Origin: Azolla caroliniana
Lineage: Eukaryota > Plantae > Polypodiophyta
Assembly (NCBI GenBank): GCA_043228905.1
Contig: JBHGNT010000006.1
Span: 17,174,001 to 17,238,000 of the forward strand
Reading direction: 5' to 3'
DNA: 64,000 nt
Shown here: positions 24,380 to 37,086 of the stretch, piece by piece
How positions within the stretch are numbered: the first letter of the stretch is position 1
Layout: every line of letters begins with the position of its first letter
The notes under the pieces: generated by a model
Databases searched by the model: none
What the model saw: the letters and a program-made list of their open reading frames with translations, nothing else
Told to the model about the DNA's origin: nothing
Translations under genes and position numbers: made by a program

Positions 24380-27300
24380 TTAAGATGTCGAGGATGCTTT
24401 CGGGGTCCGGGGTGGTGGCAGGGTGGTCTGGTTAGACTGTCGGTGCGGGGGGTTGAGTTTGGTCTGGGGGTGGCATATCTTCTCGGGCGTCCACCTCGGG
24501 TGCGACCGATTCTTCTGGTGGGGGTGTGGGTTCGTGGACGCTGACCTCTACTTCGACAGGATCTGGTACCGTGTGGGCGTCCATGGGATGTCTGTTGGCC
24601 GGGGCAAGTTCCTCCTGTGTCGTGTCCGTGATCTCCTTGCTGGAAGGTTCTTCCTTCTGCTCTGTGGCCGTTGGAGGGCTGGTGGGGATGGCTGCGAGTC
24701 GTTCTCGTTCGAAGGCTTCTGCTTCCAGGTGAAACAACATCTAACTGTCATTGAAGTCCTCCATTATTTGCTCGATTGCCGCGGTGTGAGATTTTGCCAA
24801 GGACTGGTAATCCTTGGTTAAATCTGCACGCAGGTTTTGTATGCTGGCTTCGTCCATTTTGTATAAGCCGCGGCCCTCCTTCCGTCAGTTCTCGGCGTCG
24901 GCGCGTAAAATATGCAATTCGGCAACTTGGGCTGCCCATTCGTCTCCTGCACGACTTAATGTTTCCTCGACCTTTTTGGTAAGGTGTTGGCATTGTTTCT
25001 CGATCAGTATTCGGATGCGTGTCTCATCCATTCCGGGTTGTCCTCGGATGGCTGCTAATTCCTGTTTTAAGCCGTCGACCTCGGCCTGAATCTTCTGTGT
25101 CCTTAGCTCATAGATGGCCTGACTGTTCTTTGCATCCGCGGTTACGAGCTGGAGAGCCTGCTCGTAACGCTTGGTGAGTTCTTCGGTGGCTTGCTCCCTT
25201 TCTTTTTGACACGTGGCCCGGATTTGTTCCCGTTCGACAATTCTCTCTTCTGGCAGGGCGAAGTAGGAATCCGATAATGCGTCTTTTTGTTCCGAAAGTA
25301 GCTTGCATTTGATGAAAAACTCGCCAGCCATTTCTTTGAGGGTCGTACGCTGACTCTGCAGCTGGGCATTCTCCGCGATCATCCTCTCCTCCCGTTCGCG
25401 ATTTCTTTCCTCCTGCCGTTGGTTCCAGTCTTTTCCATTGTCGAGCATGGCCTGTAGGTCTAGAACCTCCTTCTCTTTCTTCACCACTGTGGCTGCGTAT
25501 TCCTCCAGCTTGCTTTTGAGTTCGGCTTCCTTGCCCGCGGCTTGCGCTTGTACCTAGCCCAGTGCTTCGTTCTGTTCGTGTATCCTTTGGGCGGCCTGGG
25601 CTCTCATCTCGGCCATCTGCTTGGAAGTTTCTTCTTTTAGGCGAACCATCGCCTCTTGATGTCGTTGTTCGTGTCTCTCGATTCGCCGTTGTTCTTCTTT
25701 AAGCTCCGCACGGTAATCCCGGAGCGGGGGTTCTGTCTGGGTTGCCACCTCCTTGGGTGCACAAGGTGGTGGTATCTCAGTCTTCTCCATGGGCGTGGGC
25801 GCCTCGGTTGTTGTGCAGGCATCGACCATTTGTAATGAGTCTGTTTGTGTGCTGGCCTGCACCGTCAGGATTGAGTCGGTGATGGTGCTTTCATCCATCA
25901 TTGTTATGCGTGGAGGCGTTGGGAGGGCCTCGGTGATCGTTACCGAAAGGCTCAAGAGTTGTTGTTCCAGCCGGTTTTGCTACCAGGCTGCCAGCTTCTG
26001 GTTCGCAGCGTGCCATAGTTCTGTAGCCATCTTAGCCTGTTTTTGGGCTATTTTTATCTTTCAGGCCATGTCTTTGGCCGCTCGCGTAGTGCGATCCAAG
26101 TCCCGATATGCCTTGATAAGGGCCGTGTTCAACTCGGGGACCACCATGAGGAGAGCGGCCTGTTTTGCCAGCTTCTTCCTCCAGATTTTTTGTAAACCCC
26201 TGTCCTCCTAGGGCGAAATTTCACCTATTAGTGCACGTTGAATCATTTTTGTTTCGGCGTGCTCTTCAGCCATTCGAGCGGCTGTCGCGACTTGGGCTCT
26301 GGCGAGGAAGTCGACCAGCTCGAATGACGTACCAAGGCGTAGGAGCACACTAAATTCCTACGCCTCTGTGGGGAGGTTTTTATACCCGAGGACCTCATCC
26401 TCTGAGATCTGCGTTGTCTGCCCATGCTCGATCATTCCCTGGTTCAGCGATGCCTCCTCAAGGGTGATGGCCAGGTTGCTCTGTCTAACCACTAAGGCTT
26501 GCTCCTGTTGTGGCTCTTTCTGTTCTTCCGAGGACTCGCGGTTGAGTCGTCTTCTCTTGCTTGGTTGTGTTTGGGGTTCCGGGGCCGGTAGTGTCCTTTC
26601 CTCCGCCTGCTTCCTTTTCTGGGGTCATGGTGGTGCAGCCTGCTGTGTGTTGGGGCGTGGGCTAGGTCCTGGCTGTCAAATGGTGATGTCATCGGCCATG
26701 TTGTCTTCCGCGGCTACCTCCTCCTCCCATTCTTGGCAGGTCTCGGAAACTGCCCTTTTTTGTTGGGGTTGGGGGGGTGGTGGTGCAGATGCGGGTTTTT
26801 GGTCGGCGGCAGGAGGTGAAGGCAATGTGGCCTCCTCCCATGCTTCATGGCTGATGGCAATGAATTTCTCTCTCTGCCTTCGTGGTGGTGGTGGGGACGT
26901 GAGTGTGCGAGGGGAAAGAAGCGAAGAGGGTGGGTATAGAACCATCAAAAAGTGGGTAAGAACAGACAACATCTTCTTACCGGACTGAAATGAAGCTAAG
27001 GCGGCGCGGAGTCCCTCGCCTGTGATGATTCCCCAATCGATTTTGTTTCCTTCATACACGCTGATGATGATGGCTGCATTGTTCTGCAGCATGCTCGTTG
27101 GGTTCGTATGCACGAACGCATACTCCATTAATATACGAGCAATCTCCCCGAAAGCTTTGTTGGGACCACCATACGTGCGATATGCCTTCCCTGAGGCTGA
27201 GTACTCACCGAAGTACGCCTTCATCTTTGATGCCGGGGGTATGTCGACCTCATGGTCCCCTCCCCGTTGCAGGTCCAAAACAGCCCGAAGCACGTTGTTG

Positions 27301-27437
27301 GTGATGGCTTCGGGACTTATACGTTTAGCCACAATTTGGGCATCTGGGTGCGCGGGGGCATCGATGATCTTCAGGTAACCGCCCATTCCTTGTTCCTGGA
27401 GCCAGGCGCGGGTTTTTGTTGAGGCGGTAAGAGGCAT
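24380..27437 (-). pseudogene. Extra ORF3 of F (~1000 codons when reconstructed), in the env position
   Basis: ATG at 27437 (MPLTAST..); fragments 26676..27500, 25554..25955, 24885..25487, 24432..24740; E/Q/K/R/A-rich heptad-like region. Confidence 0.82.
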
Positions 27438-27877
27438 GGTGGAGATGGAGACGGGGTTCAACCGTGTGGAAGCTGAAGAAGAGTGATGAGGCGAGGGCAA
27501 GACACAGGAGGAACAGCAGGAAGGGGAAGTCCAGCAGAGGGGTTATGAGAGCGAAAGAGGGCTTGAGGTCAAGAGCGTTTAGCGTGATGAGGGCGAGACG
27601 GGGTTTTTCTGAGCTTGAGAGCAATGGAGATGGGGAGCGATAATGGTCTGTGCTGCGTTTTGGAAACGGTTTTAGTAACTTACTCCTAGGGTTTTGTGCC
27701 TGAAGCGAATCCTGAAGATTCTGAGTCGTGGGTGCCATAATAAGTGACTAGCACCACGTGTCCTGAAGGTGAGTGGTGTGCTTCTAGTGCTTTGCATGTG
27801 CTTAAATAGGTACTAACTGAGTGGTGGCGAGTGGTGCTCCTAAAATTGTGGGTGCCTAGGTGGGTGGTGTAGGTGTA

Positions 27878-30800
27878 GCTAATCAGTGGCTAAACTATGG
27901 TTAATCCTACCTACTACTACTTTTATTAATTTCAAGAAGGTGGGTGAGTCCTTATTCAGGGGGACACATGGCGTCCTCCGTGGTGGTCTCCCGAGACTCG
28001 TTTGTGCCGTGTGGCTCGGTCAACGGGTTGGGTGGTGTAGTCCCTCGATATGGTCGAAGTCGGAAACCATTGGCCCAGCTTTTGACCGTGTCGCCGGCGA
28101 GTGTGCTGAGCTGGAACGTCCCGTTGAACTTGTCGATAATCTAGAATGGACCGGTCCACCGAAATCTTAATTTTCCCGGCATTGACCCGAGTCGTGTTTG
28201 GAAAAGAAGAACTGGTTTGCCGATGGTGAGCTCCTTATCCAACCCGTGTCGATGTCGATCCAGGAAAGCCTTGCATTGCCGTTGGCGTTGTTTGAGCTGG
28301 GCCATACTCTGTATTCTATCTTCGCCGAGTTCGAGGAGTTGTTCCAGCTGGGATTGCTCGGATTGGGCCTCGGGGAGCCGTGCTTTGACTTGAACTCGAA
28401 GGCTCGAGACTTGGAACTCAACGGGCATTACGGCTTCTAACCCGAACGCCATTCGAAAGGGGGTTGATTGGATGCTTGTTTTGAAAGTCGTACGATACGC
28501 CCACAACGCGCTCTAGAGTTTGTCATCCCAATCGGTCCTGTTTTCATTGACGATCTTCTTCAATATGGTTTGGAGGATTTTAGTGGTCGATTCTGCCAAG
28601 CCGTTCACCTGCGGGTAGTATGGTGTGCTTTTCTTGTGCACCACCGCCTAGTGGTGTGTAAGCTCACGTATTATATGATTGATGAAGTGCCCACCTTGGT
28701 CACTAACGAGCTCGATTGGGCATCCGTAACGGCACCAGAGGTGCTCGTACACGAATTTATCCATGGATGCCGCCGTGTTATCTCGGAGTGCCTTAGCCTC
28801 GACCCATTTGGTGCAGTAATCCGTGGCAACGATAATATACCTATTCCCTGTTCAGCCCGCGGGTGGTTTGAAAGGGCCTACAAAATCCAAACCCCATTTT
28901 TGAAATGGGTCCAACGGAAGAATTGGCTGGTGTGGCATCCGTGACTGTTCCATTGGTTGCCCCATTCGTTTGCACAAATCGCACTGCCGGCAAAACTCGT
29001 GAGCGTCTTTCTTCGTTGTCGGCCACCACAATCCACTTTGCCAAACTTTCCTTGCCGTGGAATCCCCGGCGTAGTGCCCCCCAGCTACTCCCTGGTGGGC
29101 TTCCTGAAGAACGACGTTCTTCTCGAATTGCCGAATCGCTTGGCGCCATATGCCGTCCGAGCCTTTGTGGTAGAGAATGTCCGAGACGAGGCAAAAATTC
29201 CGGCTACGCACTTCTAGGCGTTTTCTCGTGTCAAGGGTCATGTGCTCGGGAGGTACACCGGTAGTGAGAAAATGGGTCATCTCCGTGATCCATTCATCTC
29301 CTTTATCGTCAGGTTAAATAGGCTGGCGTCCGGTAGCTCGTTGTACGTTGTTTTCGCCGGTTCTCCTGACTCAAGACGGCTCAAGTAGTCGGCGACGACA
29401 TGTTGTACCCCGGGTCGATGCTGAATCTGGAATTCAAACTCTTGTAGTAGGAGCATCCACCGAGCCAACCGTTCAGTAAGGGTTGGCTTATTGACCCAAT
29501 AAAGAAGGGCCAAGTGATCCACGTGAAAGGTAAATTTTCGTCCCAAGAGGTAATGCCGAAATTTATTGATGCTATAAATCATACCGAGGGCCTCCCGCTC
29601 GGTGGTGGAGTAATTCTTTTCCGCGGTCGAGAGCCGTCGGCTGGCGTAGTACACGGGCCTATACCAATTCGGGGGTGTGCATTGCATCAGGGCACTTCCG
29701 ATGGCGATGTCTGAAACATCTACGAAGACATGAAACGGTTCGGACCAAACCGGAGACTGGACCACCGGGGCATGTGACAGCATTCGTTTCAGGGTCTGAT
29801 AGGCCGTGTCCTCGACTAACATCCATTGGAAAGGAAGGTTGTTGCTGGTGACTAAGAACGCGCATTTCGCTAGGTTTAAACTCAATCGAGCTTGGCGACA
29901 TCGGTCCAGGTAGAGTCGTAACTGGGTCATGTGTTCCCGTCGATGGCCATACACGGCGAAATCGTCGAGAAAGACTTGCATGAACGCCGGGATGTAGTCA
30001 TGAAAGATTTCGGTGATGATGCGCTGGAACGTAGCCGACGCCGTTTTTAGACCGAACATCATAACTTCTGCTACAAAAACACCCCATTCCGTGACGAAAG
30101 CGGTTTTCTCCTGATCGTCCAGGTGCATTCTTATCTGGTTATAGCCGCTGAACCCGTCGAGGAAACTGTAGCATTCGTGGCCGGCTACCGTGTCGAGGAT
30201 GCTATTCGTGAATGGGAGAGGGAAACCGTCAGTGACTGTTGTCGCGTTAAGCTTCTGATAGTCGACGCAGACGCGGATTTTTCCGTTCTTCTTTGGGACC
30301 ACTACGATCGGGCTCAACCATGTAGCCCGTTTAACAGGGCGAATCAAGTCCACTCGGAGTAGTTTGTCAATTTCCTCTTTGACTTTAGCGGCGTAGTTGG
30401 GGTTCATCCTGTAGCGCCTCTGCTGAACCGGCTGAGTGTCGGGTAAGATGTGAATTTGATGTTGGTAGTATTGAGGATCCAGCCCCTTCATATCGGTGTA
30501 AGACCAAGCGAAAACATCTTGGTAGTCGGTGAGTAATTTTACGAGGCATGCCCGTTCTCCGGTTGGTAGATTATTGGCAATTTGTACCGTATGGGGATTC
30601 TTGTCTGAACCGAGGTTTATTGTTTCCAGGGTTGATGCTTTCACTCGTTGTGAAATGGCGAGTTCGCGTTCGAAAGCCTCCCGAGCATGAGGTAGCTCGG
30701 CAACTGTGGTTGCATCTGGTTCATCCTGGGGTGGTGACTCCTTCGTGACTTCCTCGTCTTTAGATGGCTCGATGGTTGGTAAGGCATTGATTTCGAAGAG

Positions 30801-31355
30801 AGGGATGATCGTGGGATGATCATCTAGGAAGTCATCGACCTCCTCATCGGCCAACCCGTCCAGTATATGGACCCCTTCCGCGTATAACGGCGAAGTGTTG
30901 AGGGCGACGGGGGCTCGTTCTTCAGTGATGATGCGGACTTTTTTCTTGCCTCTTTGGAACGAGATCATGTTGCGTTGCCAATGTTGCTTGATATTCGTTG
31001 TACGCAACCATGGTCGACCTAGTAACAATGGGTAGGCGCCTTGTGTCTCCAGTCTCAGCACGACGGCCGAGATCATGAACATATGGCCTCCGAGTGTGAA
31101 GTCGAGATGGCGGATTAAACCAATGGGGCGAACGGAGCGTGTGTCGGCCATCCGAAGCCAAAAGGGGCATGGTTCCCATTGATTCAGGCTGAGGTTGAGA
31201 CATGTTAACTCGCTAATAACGTTTACGCCGGATCCTCCGTCGATGATGCATCCGTGCAGGTCTTGTCCCTTAATGATGATTCGCACGGCTGGGTTCTGAG
31301 AATCCATGAGTGGTGGACCAGTTCCTACTTCGGTGAGGTGTACCGGTGGCGTCAC
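27878..31355 (-). pseudogene. F pol (PR, RT, RH, INT), disrupted
   Basis: IIDGGSGVN, VCVDY, LDGFSGYNQI, VFLDD, FVDVSD, EAHQG..GH..C..C, WGLDFVGP, WTGPF; in-frame deletion of the RT thumb near 29840. Confidence 0.93.
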
Positions 31356-33124
31356 GGCCTTAGTATGGCCTGGAGTGCCGCCAGGGTGTCCCGAAATCTC
31401 GGCATGAGTGGTAGCAGTTTATGTAGGGGCAGCGAGATGCGGAAGTTGGTAAGAACATCCCATAGTTGGTCGTCCTCCGACGACGTGGATGGTGTCGGGG
31501 TTTGTGGTACTTCACTGGGCCCATCCCTCATGTCAGTTTGCATGCGTGCGGCATTATTTTTATTGGCTGTGTCGACCCATTGTTTTGCTGTCTAACGTTC
31601 GTCATCCGGGATTTGCCACTGAGTATTCTGCGCTTTACTCCGAGTAGTGACCGTTTGAACATCGGCCATGATACTGTTCACCGCGGGTGCCTTGCCACGG
31701 CTGGTTGTCGGACATTGCGTGGCGTAGTGGCCTGGTTGATTACATTTAAAACATGTCACGTTGGCCGAGCTGCTGGTGTCCGCTCAGTCTGTGTGTGGAA
31801 GCTGTTGTTGTTGATTCTCGGTCTCGTTTGGTGGTGGGTTGTTCCGAGGTGCGTTGGAGTTGCGCTAGTCATTTTGAGGAGCATCCCGTCGGCGGTTGTG
31901 ATTAGGTCTTCTATTGTTGCGTGTGTTGCGGTTGTCGTTTCGCCGATCAATGCGTGAGTTCCTTCGGTCATACCGATCAGTGCGATCGTCATCGTATCGA
32001 GCATAATCGTCGTGTCGGTCATCGCGATAATAATCACGTCAGTAGTCGTCGTCTCGACGCCATCGATCCGGGGATCACGGTTGGTCGTTATCCTGGTCTC
32101 GATAGATATATCGCTCGTCCTGCCGAGAGTATGTATTTCGTGGCTCGATCTGGCGGACCGGTGCCGTCGTTGTGCGGTTCAGCATATTATATTCGCACTG
32201 CTCGACCGTGTGAGCTCGAGACTGACAGATCGGACACTGTGGTCGGTGGGGACATTCGAGGGCCAGGTGCCCTGATCCTGAACACGCAGTGCATTGGAGG
32301 GCTTGGCGAAAGCGATTGTCCTCTTGGGGAAGAGCGTTTTGCAAGGATGTCATCGAGAAGGCCGTGCCGTGCTGGTTCCGATCGAGGGCGAGAATGCACG
32401 CTATGACTTGTTCGATAGTATGGTTGGCGAAATTTGTAAGTGCGAGAATCGTTCGTAGAGGCTCTCATAAACTGGATAGGAAAGTGTCTGGTATATGTTG
32501 TGCCGAAACATCATTGGCCACTTGTCTGTAGAGATCCTGGAACCGGATCGTGAACTGCGCGACCATTTCGTGCGGTTCCTGGCATATAGAGAAGAATTGC
32601 CTGAGCAGTTCCCGTTTAGGCACCTCGCGATGAAAAAGTTCAAGGAACTTTGTACGCACGATTTGGAAAGTGGTGGCCTCTCCTATTTCGAGGCGAGAGT
32701 ACCATCGTGCGGCCGGTCCATCGAGGGAGAGTGTGAACTCGGCAATCTTCGAGGCATCGATTTCGGCCGGCGTGAGGCGGTGCATGGAGTGGTTAGCCTG
32801 CCATGTGGATATGAAGGCACGGATGTGTGACTCTGCGTCTGGTCCGTCGGTATATCGTGGGTATGGGTACGGCATGATGTCGTACTGTGGGTCTTCTGGT
32901 AGCACCGGAAAAGGGTTTAGTTCCAGTTGATTGACCTCCGGAGGGCTCGACGGGGGTTCTGGTGGTGAATCAACTCGCGATCGAGTGTCCGGTGGCGAGG
33001 ATTGCACTGGACAAGCCTCCGATTGATCGGGAAAGGATTGGTCAGTGACCGCCGAGTCGGAAGTTCCTTCGACTGGCTCAAGGCGTCGGGCGGGTGGCCA
33101 AGACCTCGTGGTGCGAAAGGGCAC
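31352..33124 (-). pseudogene. F gag, disrupted
   Basis: Retrotransposon gag-like SLDGPAARWY..FLELF; several CCHC knuckles (CTACSGSGHLALEC, CPICQSRAHTVEQC). Confidence 0.88.
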
Positions 33125-33180
33125 CGTAACGGCGGCTGGTGGTTACCTTCAACGAAGTTCGCTATGCACTCACAGCTGTA

Positions 33181-33193
33181 ACCGGGCGTGCCA
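33181..33193 (-). promoter_or_regulatory. Primer binding site of F (tRNA-Arg type)
   Basis: Minus strand TGGCACGCCCGGT, 5 nt from the 5' LTR; complementary to the recalled plant tRNA-Arg(UCU) 3' end ..ACCGGG(C/U)GUGCCA. Confidence 0.8.
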
Positions 33194-33198
33194 AATTC

Positions 33199-33653
33199 TG
33201 TTACTCGTTCCTTTGGATGAACACCTTCGATAGATCTGCGACTATCGATATTCAAGGGTGTGGTACGTGAAGGCTCGTAACAGAGACGTCGAGAGAGAGA
33301 CAGGGTTCAGAGAGAAAACACTAGCGGGGTCTTGATAGACGTGGCGGCGTTGAACTCATAGGTATGGATCAAAGCACAGACTCATGGAGAAAAATGGGCA
33401 CAAATCAGATCTATTAATATGACAGAAAAAGATTACAGAACACGGCCTATGGCCGGTGACCTTACAAGTTTATCTAGTTACGATGGCCTAAGCTAGTGCT
33501 TCCGCCTATAGTTTTCTTCTCTCCCTCTCTGAGGTACTGTCCTCGTTTAAATAACTTTTCCCCTAATACACAGCCAAGCCATCGGTGGCCCGTGATACTC
33601 GAACTCGGCGTTTGCTAATTTCCTAATTTTACATTTCTGTCCTCTAGACAACA
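33199..33653 (-). repeat. 5' LTR of F
   Basis: TG..CA termini, adjacent to the PBS and gag start. Confidence 0.94.
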
Positions 33654-36591
33654 CTTTTGCTACATAGTTTGGGTTCATCTGGTAACGTCGTTGCGCCACC
33701 AGCTTCGCATCTTTGCTAAGGTTGATCTGGTGTTGGTACAGTTGGGGATCCAATCCTCTCATATCCTCATATGACCTGGCGAACACATCTCGGAATTCTA
33801 TGAGCAATTCAATCATAACCCTTTTCTCTTCCCATGGCAATTCTTTTGCCACGTTCACCGGTTTCAGCGCTCCATCAGTAGCGAGGTCCACTTCTTCTAA
33901 CTAAGAGGCCTTCACTCATTGAGATACCACCATTTCCCGTTCTAACGATTCATGTGCCTGTCACAGTTCCCAGATCGCCTCCCGATCCGGTTCGTCAAAT
34001 ACTTCCTCTGAGTTCACGACATACGGTATGACGGCTTCGGCGACATCTACCTCAAATAACGGTACTATCTTCAGATGTTCATCTAGGTACCAGTCGATTT
34101 CGTCGTTTGCTAATCCATCCAACATGTTTATCCTTTTTGCGTATAGCGGCGTCAGCTCCTTACTGGTACCCGCGCGTGGTTAGGTCGGTACCCACACTTT
34201 CGTCTTTCCTCTTCAGAAGGTAATGACGTTCTTCTGCCAGTTTTGCTTTATATGCGTCGTCATTAGCCATGGTCTCCCTAACAACAGGGGGATAAGCTCC
34301 TTGCACGTTGAGTTGCAGGATTACCGCGAATATCCGGACTGCATATCCACCAATTGTAATCTCCAAGCTCCGAATGAATCTGGTTGGCCGAACCGAACTG
34401 GTATCCGTCATTCGCAGTCAGAAGGGGCATGGTTCCCATTCTCTGATACCAAGGGTGTGGCAGGTTCATTGGTTTATCACGTTTACTACAGAACCTCCAT
34501 CCACAAACTGTTTCAGGTATCTCTTTTCCTTTGATAATCATCGTTATCGTCGGACTACTGGTGTCCACTATTGTCGGTCCTTCCTCCAGGTTGGAGAAGA
34601 ATGTTGGTGCCGGTGCCAGGTTTTGTGATGTTACCACCGATTTAAGTCCTTCCGTGAATCAAGGAACTAACTGCAACACGCGTGCCACGTGGGGTCATTG
34701 TCCATGCTCCGTAATGGTTCCTCCAAAGGCTGGATCTATTCCTTCACTTCGGCCACGTTCCGTTCATTTGCTTTTTGTATCCATTTGGTGGCTTGCTTCT
34801 TGATGGCCTCCTGGGTCCCCCACTCGACAGTTTTTCCTTTGGATCATGTTGTGACTTGTTGAACATCCGTCACCTCGGCAATCACCATGTTTATCACTAA
34901 CTACTTCTTAGTGGACTTGATTGGGCACTGGCTACTGTAATGTCCTTCCTTTCACCAGTAGTAGCAATAAACCCTCCGGTTATTACTTGATTCTCCTTTT
35001 TCTATCATTCCCTAGTTAATACCAGAATTCATCTGGTTGGTTTCATCTGGCCTCCTTTGCTCTAGTTGTGGGACTGGGACCGTTATTCTTGTATCTGGCT
35101 CCCGTTGGTACTCTCTGGCCGGTTCCCAACATTCTTCTCGGTGATACTTTCCCTTACGGTTGTGGCGGCGGAGGTTCCGGTGCCCTTGGCGTTCCGGGTA
35201 CCGTCTATCCTGATCTAGGTACCCCTGTCGTTCCGGGTACCTTTCGCCGTCTCTCCTTCAATCATAATCTAGGGAGTAGTCGCAATCGTAACGGTCTTGA
35301 TTGTAGTCTTCCCCTCGCCGGTAGTTGTGGTCTCGGTCGTAATCCTCTCGTCTTTTGTCGTTATACCGGTCCCTTCATTTCGGTTGATATCATTCTTCCC
35401 TCTAGAATCGTTCCTCTTCCGGTTGTTGCTCGCTCTGGGGCTCAATATGTCAGACCGGTGCTGCTTGCCGATTGAATAGGTTGTACTCACACAGGTCCAT
35501 GGTGTGTGACTGGGAATGGCACATCATGCACTGTGTCCGCATCGTACATTCTAATGTAGAGAGACCGGGGTTGAAGCACATTGTACATTGGTCTGCCTGT
35601 CAAAACCGTAACTCCTCTTCTCTAGGTAGCGCTCATTGTAGAGCTCCCATCGCCATGTGATTGCTATTCTGGGCCCTATCCATTTCTAGCACCCGGTCGA
35701 CAACTTCATCAATGGTGTTGGTTCGGAAGTCGAATACTGACAGCGTCGTTCATAGCGGCTCCCGGAGTGTGGCCAGAAAGACCACTTTTGCCTCGTCTTC
35801 CGAAGGTGCCCTTTTCAGCTCAATGTGTAGTGTCTGGAAACAGATAACGAATTGCAGGACCGTTTCATTCGGCTCCTGATAGACCGTATAGAATTGGCCG
35901 ACTAGCTCTCTTTGCTCCACCTATCGGTCGGTGGAACAATCGCAAGAATTTATCCTGCAAGGCTTTGAATGTGGCCAACCTCCCGAGGAGGTACTTTTTG
36001 TGCCACCTTGCTGTTGGTCCCTCCAATGTCATTCCAAATTCCATGATCTTTGAGCGTTCGATCTCTGCTTCTGTCAACCGTTGCGAGACATGGTTCGCTT
36101 CCCATGTCTACATGAAAGCATATACGTGCGCCTCTGTGTCCAGTTCGTCCTGGTACTTCGGGTATGGGTATGGCATGCTATCGTCGTCGAAGGGTAGTAC
36201 TGAGACTGGTGTTGGTGTTTGATTCTCTTCTTTCTCCGACTTCCAGTTCGGTGTTGGCGTTGATACGCAATCAATCTTTTTCTCGTATTGTTGGCCCGGT
36301 GGTGGTGTTGATACACACTCAGCCATTTTCTCTGATCGTTGGTCTTGGTTTGTCTTGTGGCCCGGCAGTGTGGGTAATGTTGTTCTACTTCTGCTGTCAG
36401 TGTGTGCTCCGAAATCTCTTCCTCCGGATTGTCCGAGGTATCGTGATTGCTTCAATAATTTGACTTCATGTTGTGCTCGTTATCTGATTCTAACTCAAAG
36501 TTGGAAAAGGCTTCCGATTCTCTGGCGCCTGCGGCAAGGGTTTGCATTATCGATTCTGCCTTGCCGTAAATTGCTCAGGCTACAGCCTATT

Positions 36592-36990
36592 TGTTGAGAG
36601 ACAAGCTCAACATTCGTGCGTAATACGATGCGTAACCCAATGCGTAGACTGGGTGTGTAAATCAGTATGCACAACCTGGCCGTATTGGTGTGTAAACCGA
36701 AAGGCCGTTATAGAGATATTCCTCGTAAGCAATAATTTTGGGAGTGAGTGTCGAGGCTCATTTATGAGCAGTCAAGTACTGTCAGTACTTATGTCAGCCC
36801 GATTGTCAAGGCTTGTATAAAAGGTGCTCCTCAGCACGATGTAGGTACAGACTAAGTAATATTTTGAATTGAGTTTTTGTGTGTTCTCTCTCTCTGTCTC
36901 TCCCGTGTATTGTGTATATTCAAGCTCTCCATTAAACCTACGTATTTTTTGTGTTCGGTTTTCTATTGCTTCCGCACATAATCTTTTTCA
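36592..36990 (+). repeat. 5' LTR of I
   Basis: TGTTGAGAG..CTTTTTCA, followed by the tRNA-iMet PBS. Confidence 0.93.
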
Positions 36991-37086
36991 TGGTATCAGA
37001 GCGCGAGGGTTGAGAACCTCTGCAGCCGACATATCTTGAAAAGAAAACTAACCAAGAAGAACAAGAAAAACAAAATGGATAGAGGC

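Larger units (their letters stand above)
23815..33653 (-). mobile_element. Gypsy element F (non-chromovirus, Athila/Tat-like RT), near full-length with extra ORF3
   Basis: Two ~455-bp LTRs; perfect 5-bp TSD CTTTT (23810-14, 33654-58); gag-PR-RT-RH-INT order. Confidence 0.95.
23753..36591 (-). mobile_element. Gypsy element G fragment (gag, PR, RT start; relative of F), host of F; sequence at 23753-23814 and 33654-36591
   Basis: RT reads YQMNPNYVAK|VKEEIDKLLRVGFI across F; gag MPYPYPKYQD resembles F MPYPYPRYTD; heavily degenerate. Confidence 0.82.

Noticed and set aside
24885-25955. Host myosin/SMC-like coiled-coil gene
   Set aside because: It lies inside LTR-bounded elements in two copies, has no introns or ATPase motifs, and is part of ORF3.
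31340-31400. Programmed frameshift between F gag and pol
   Set aside because: No slippery heptamer is evident and relative G reads through this region in one frame; probably a decay indel.
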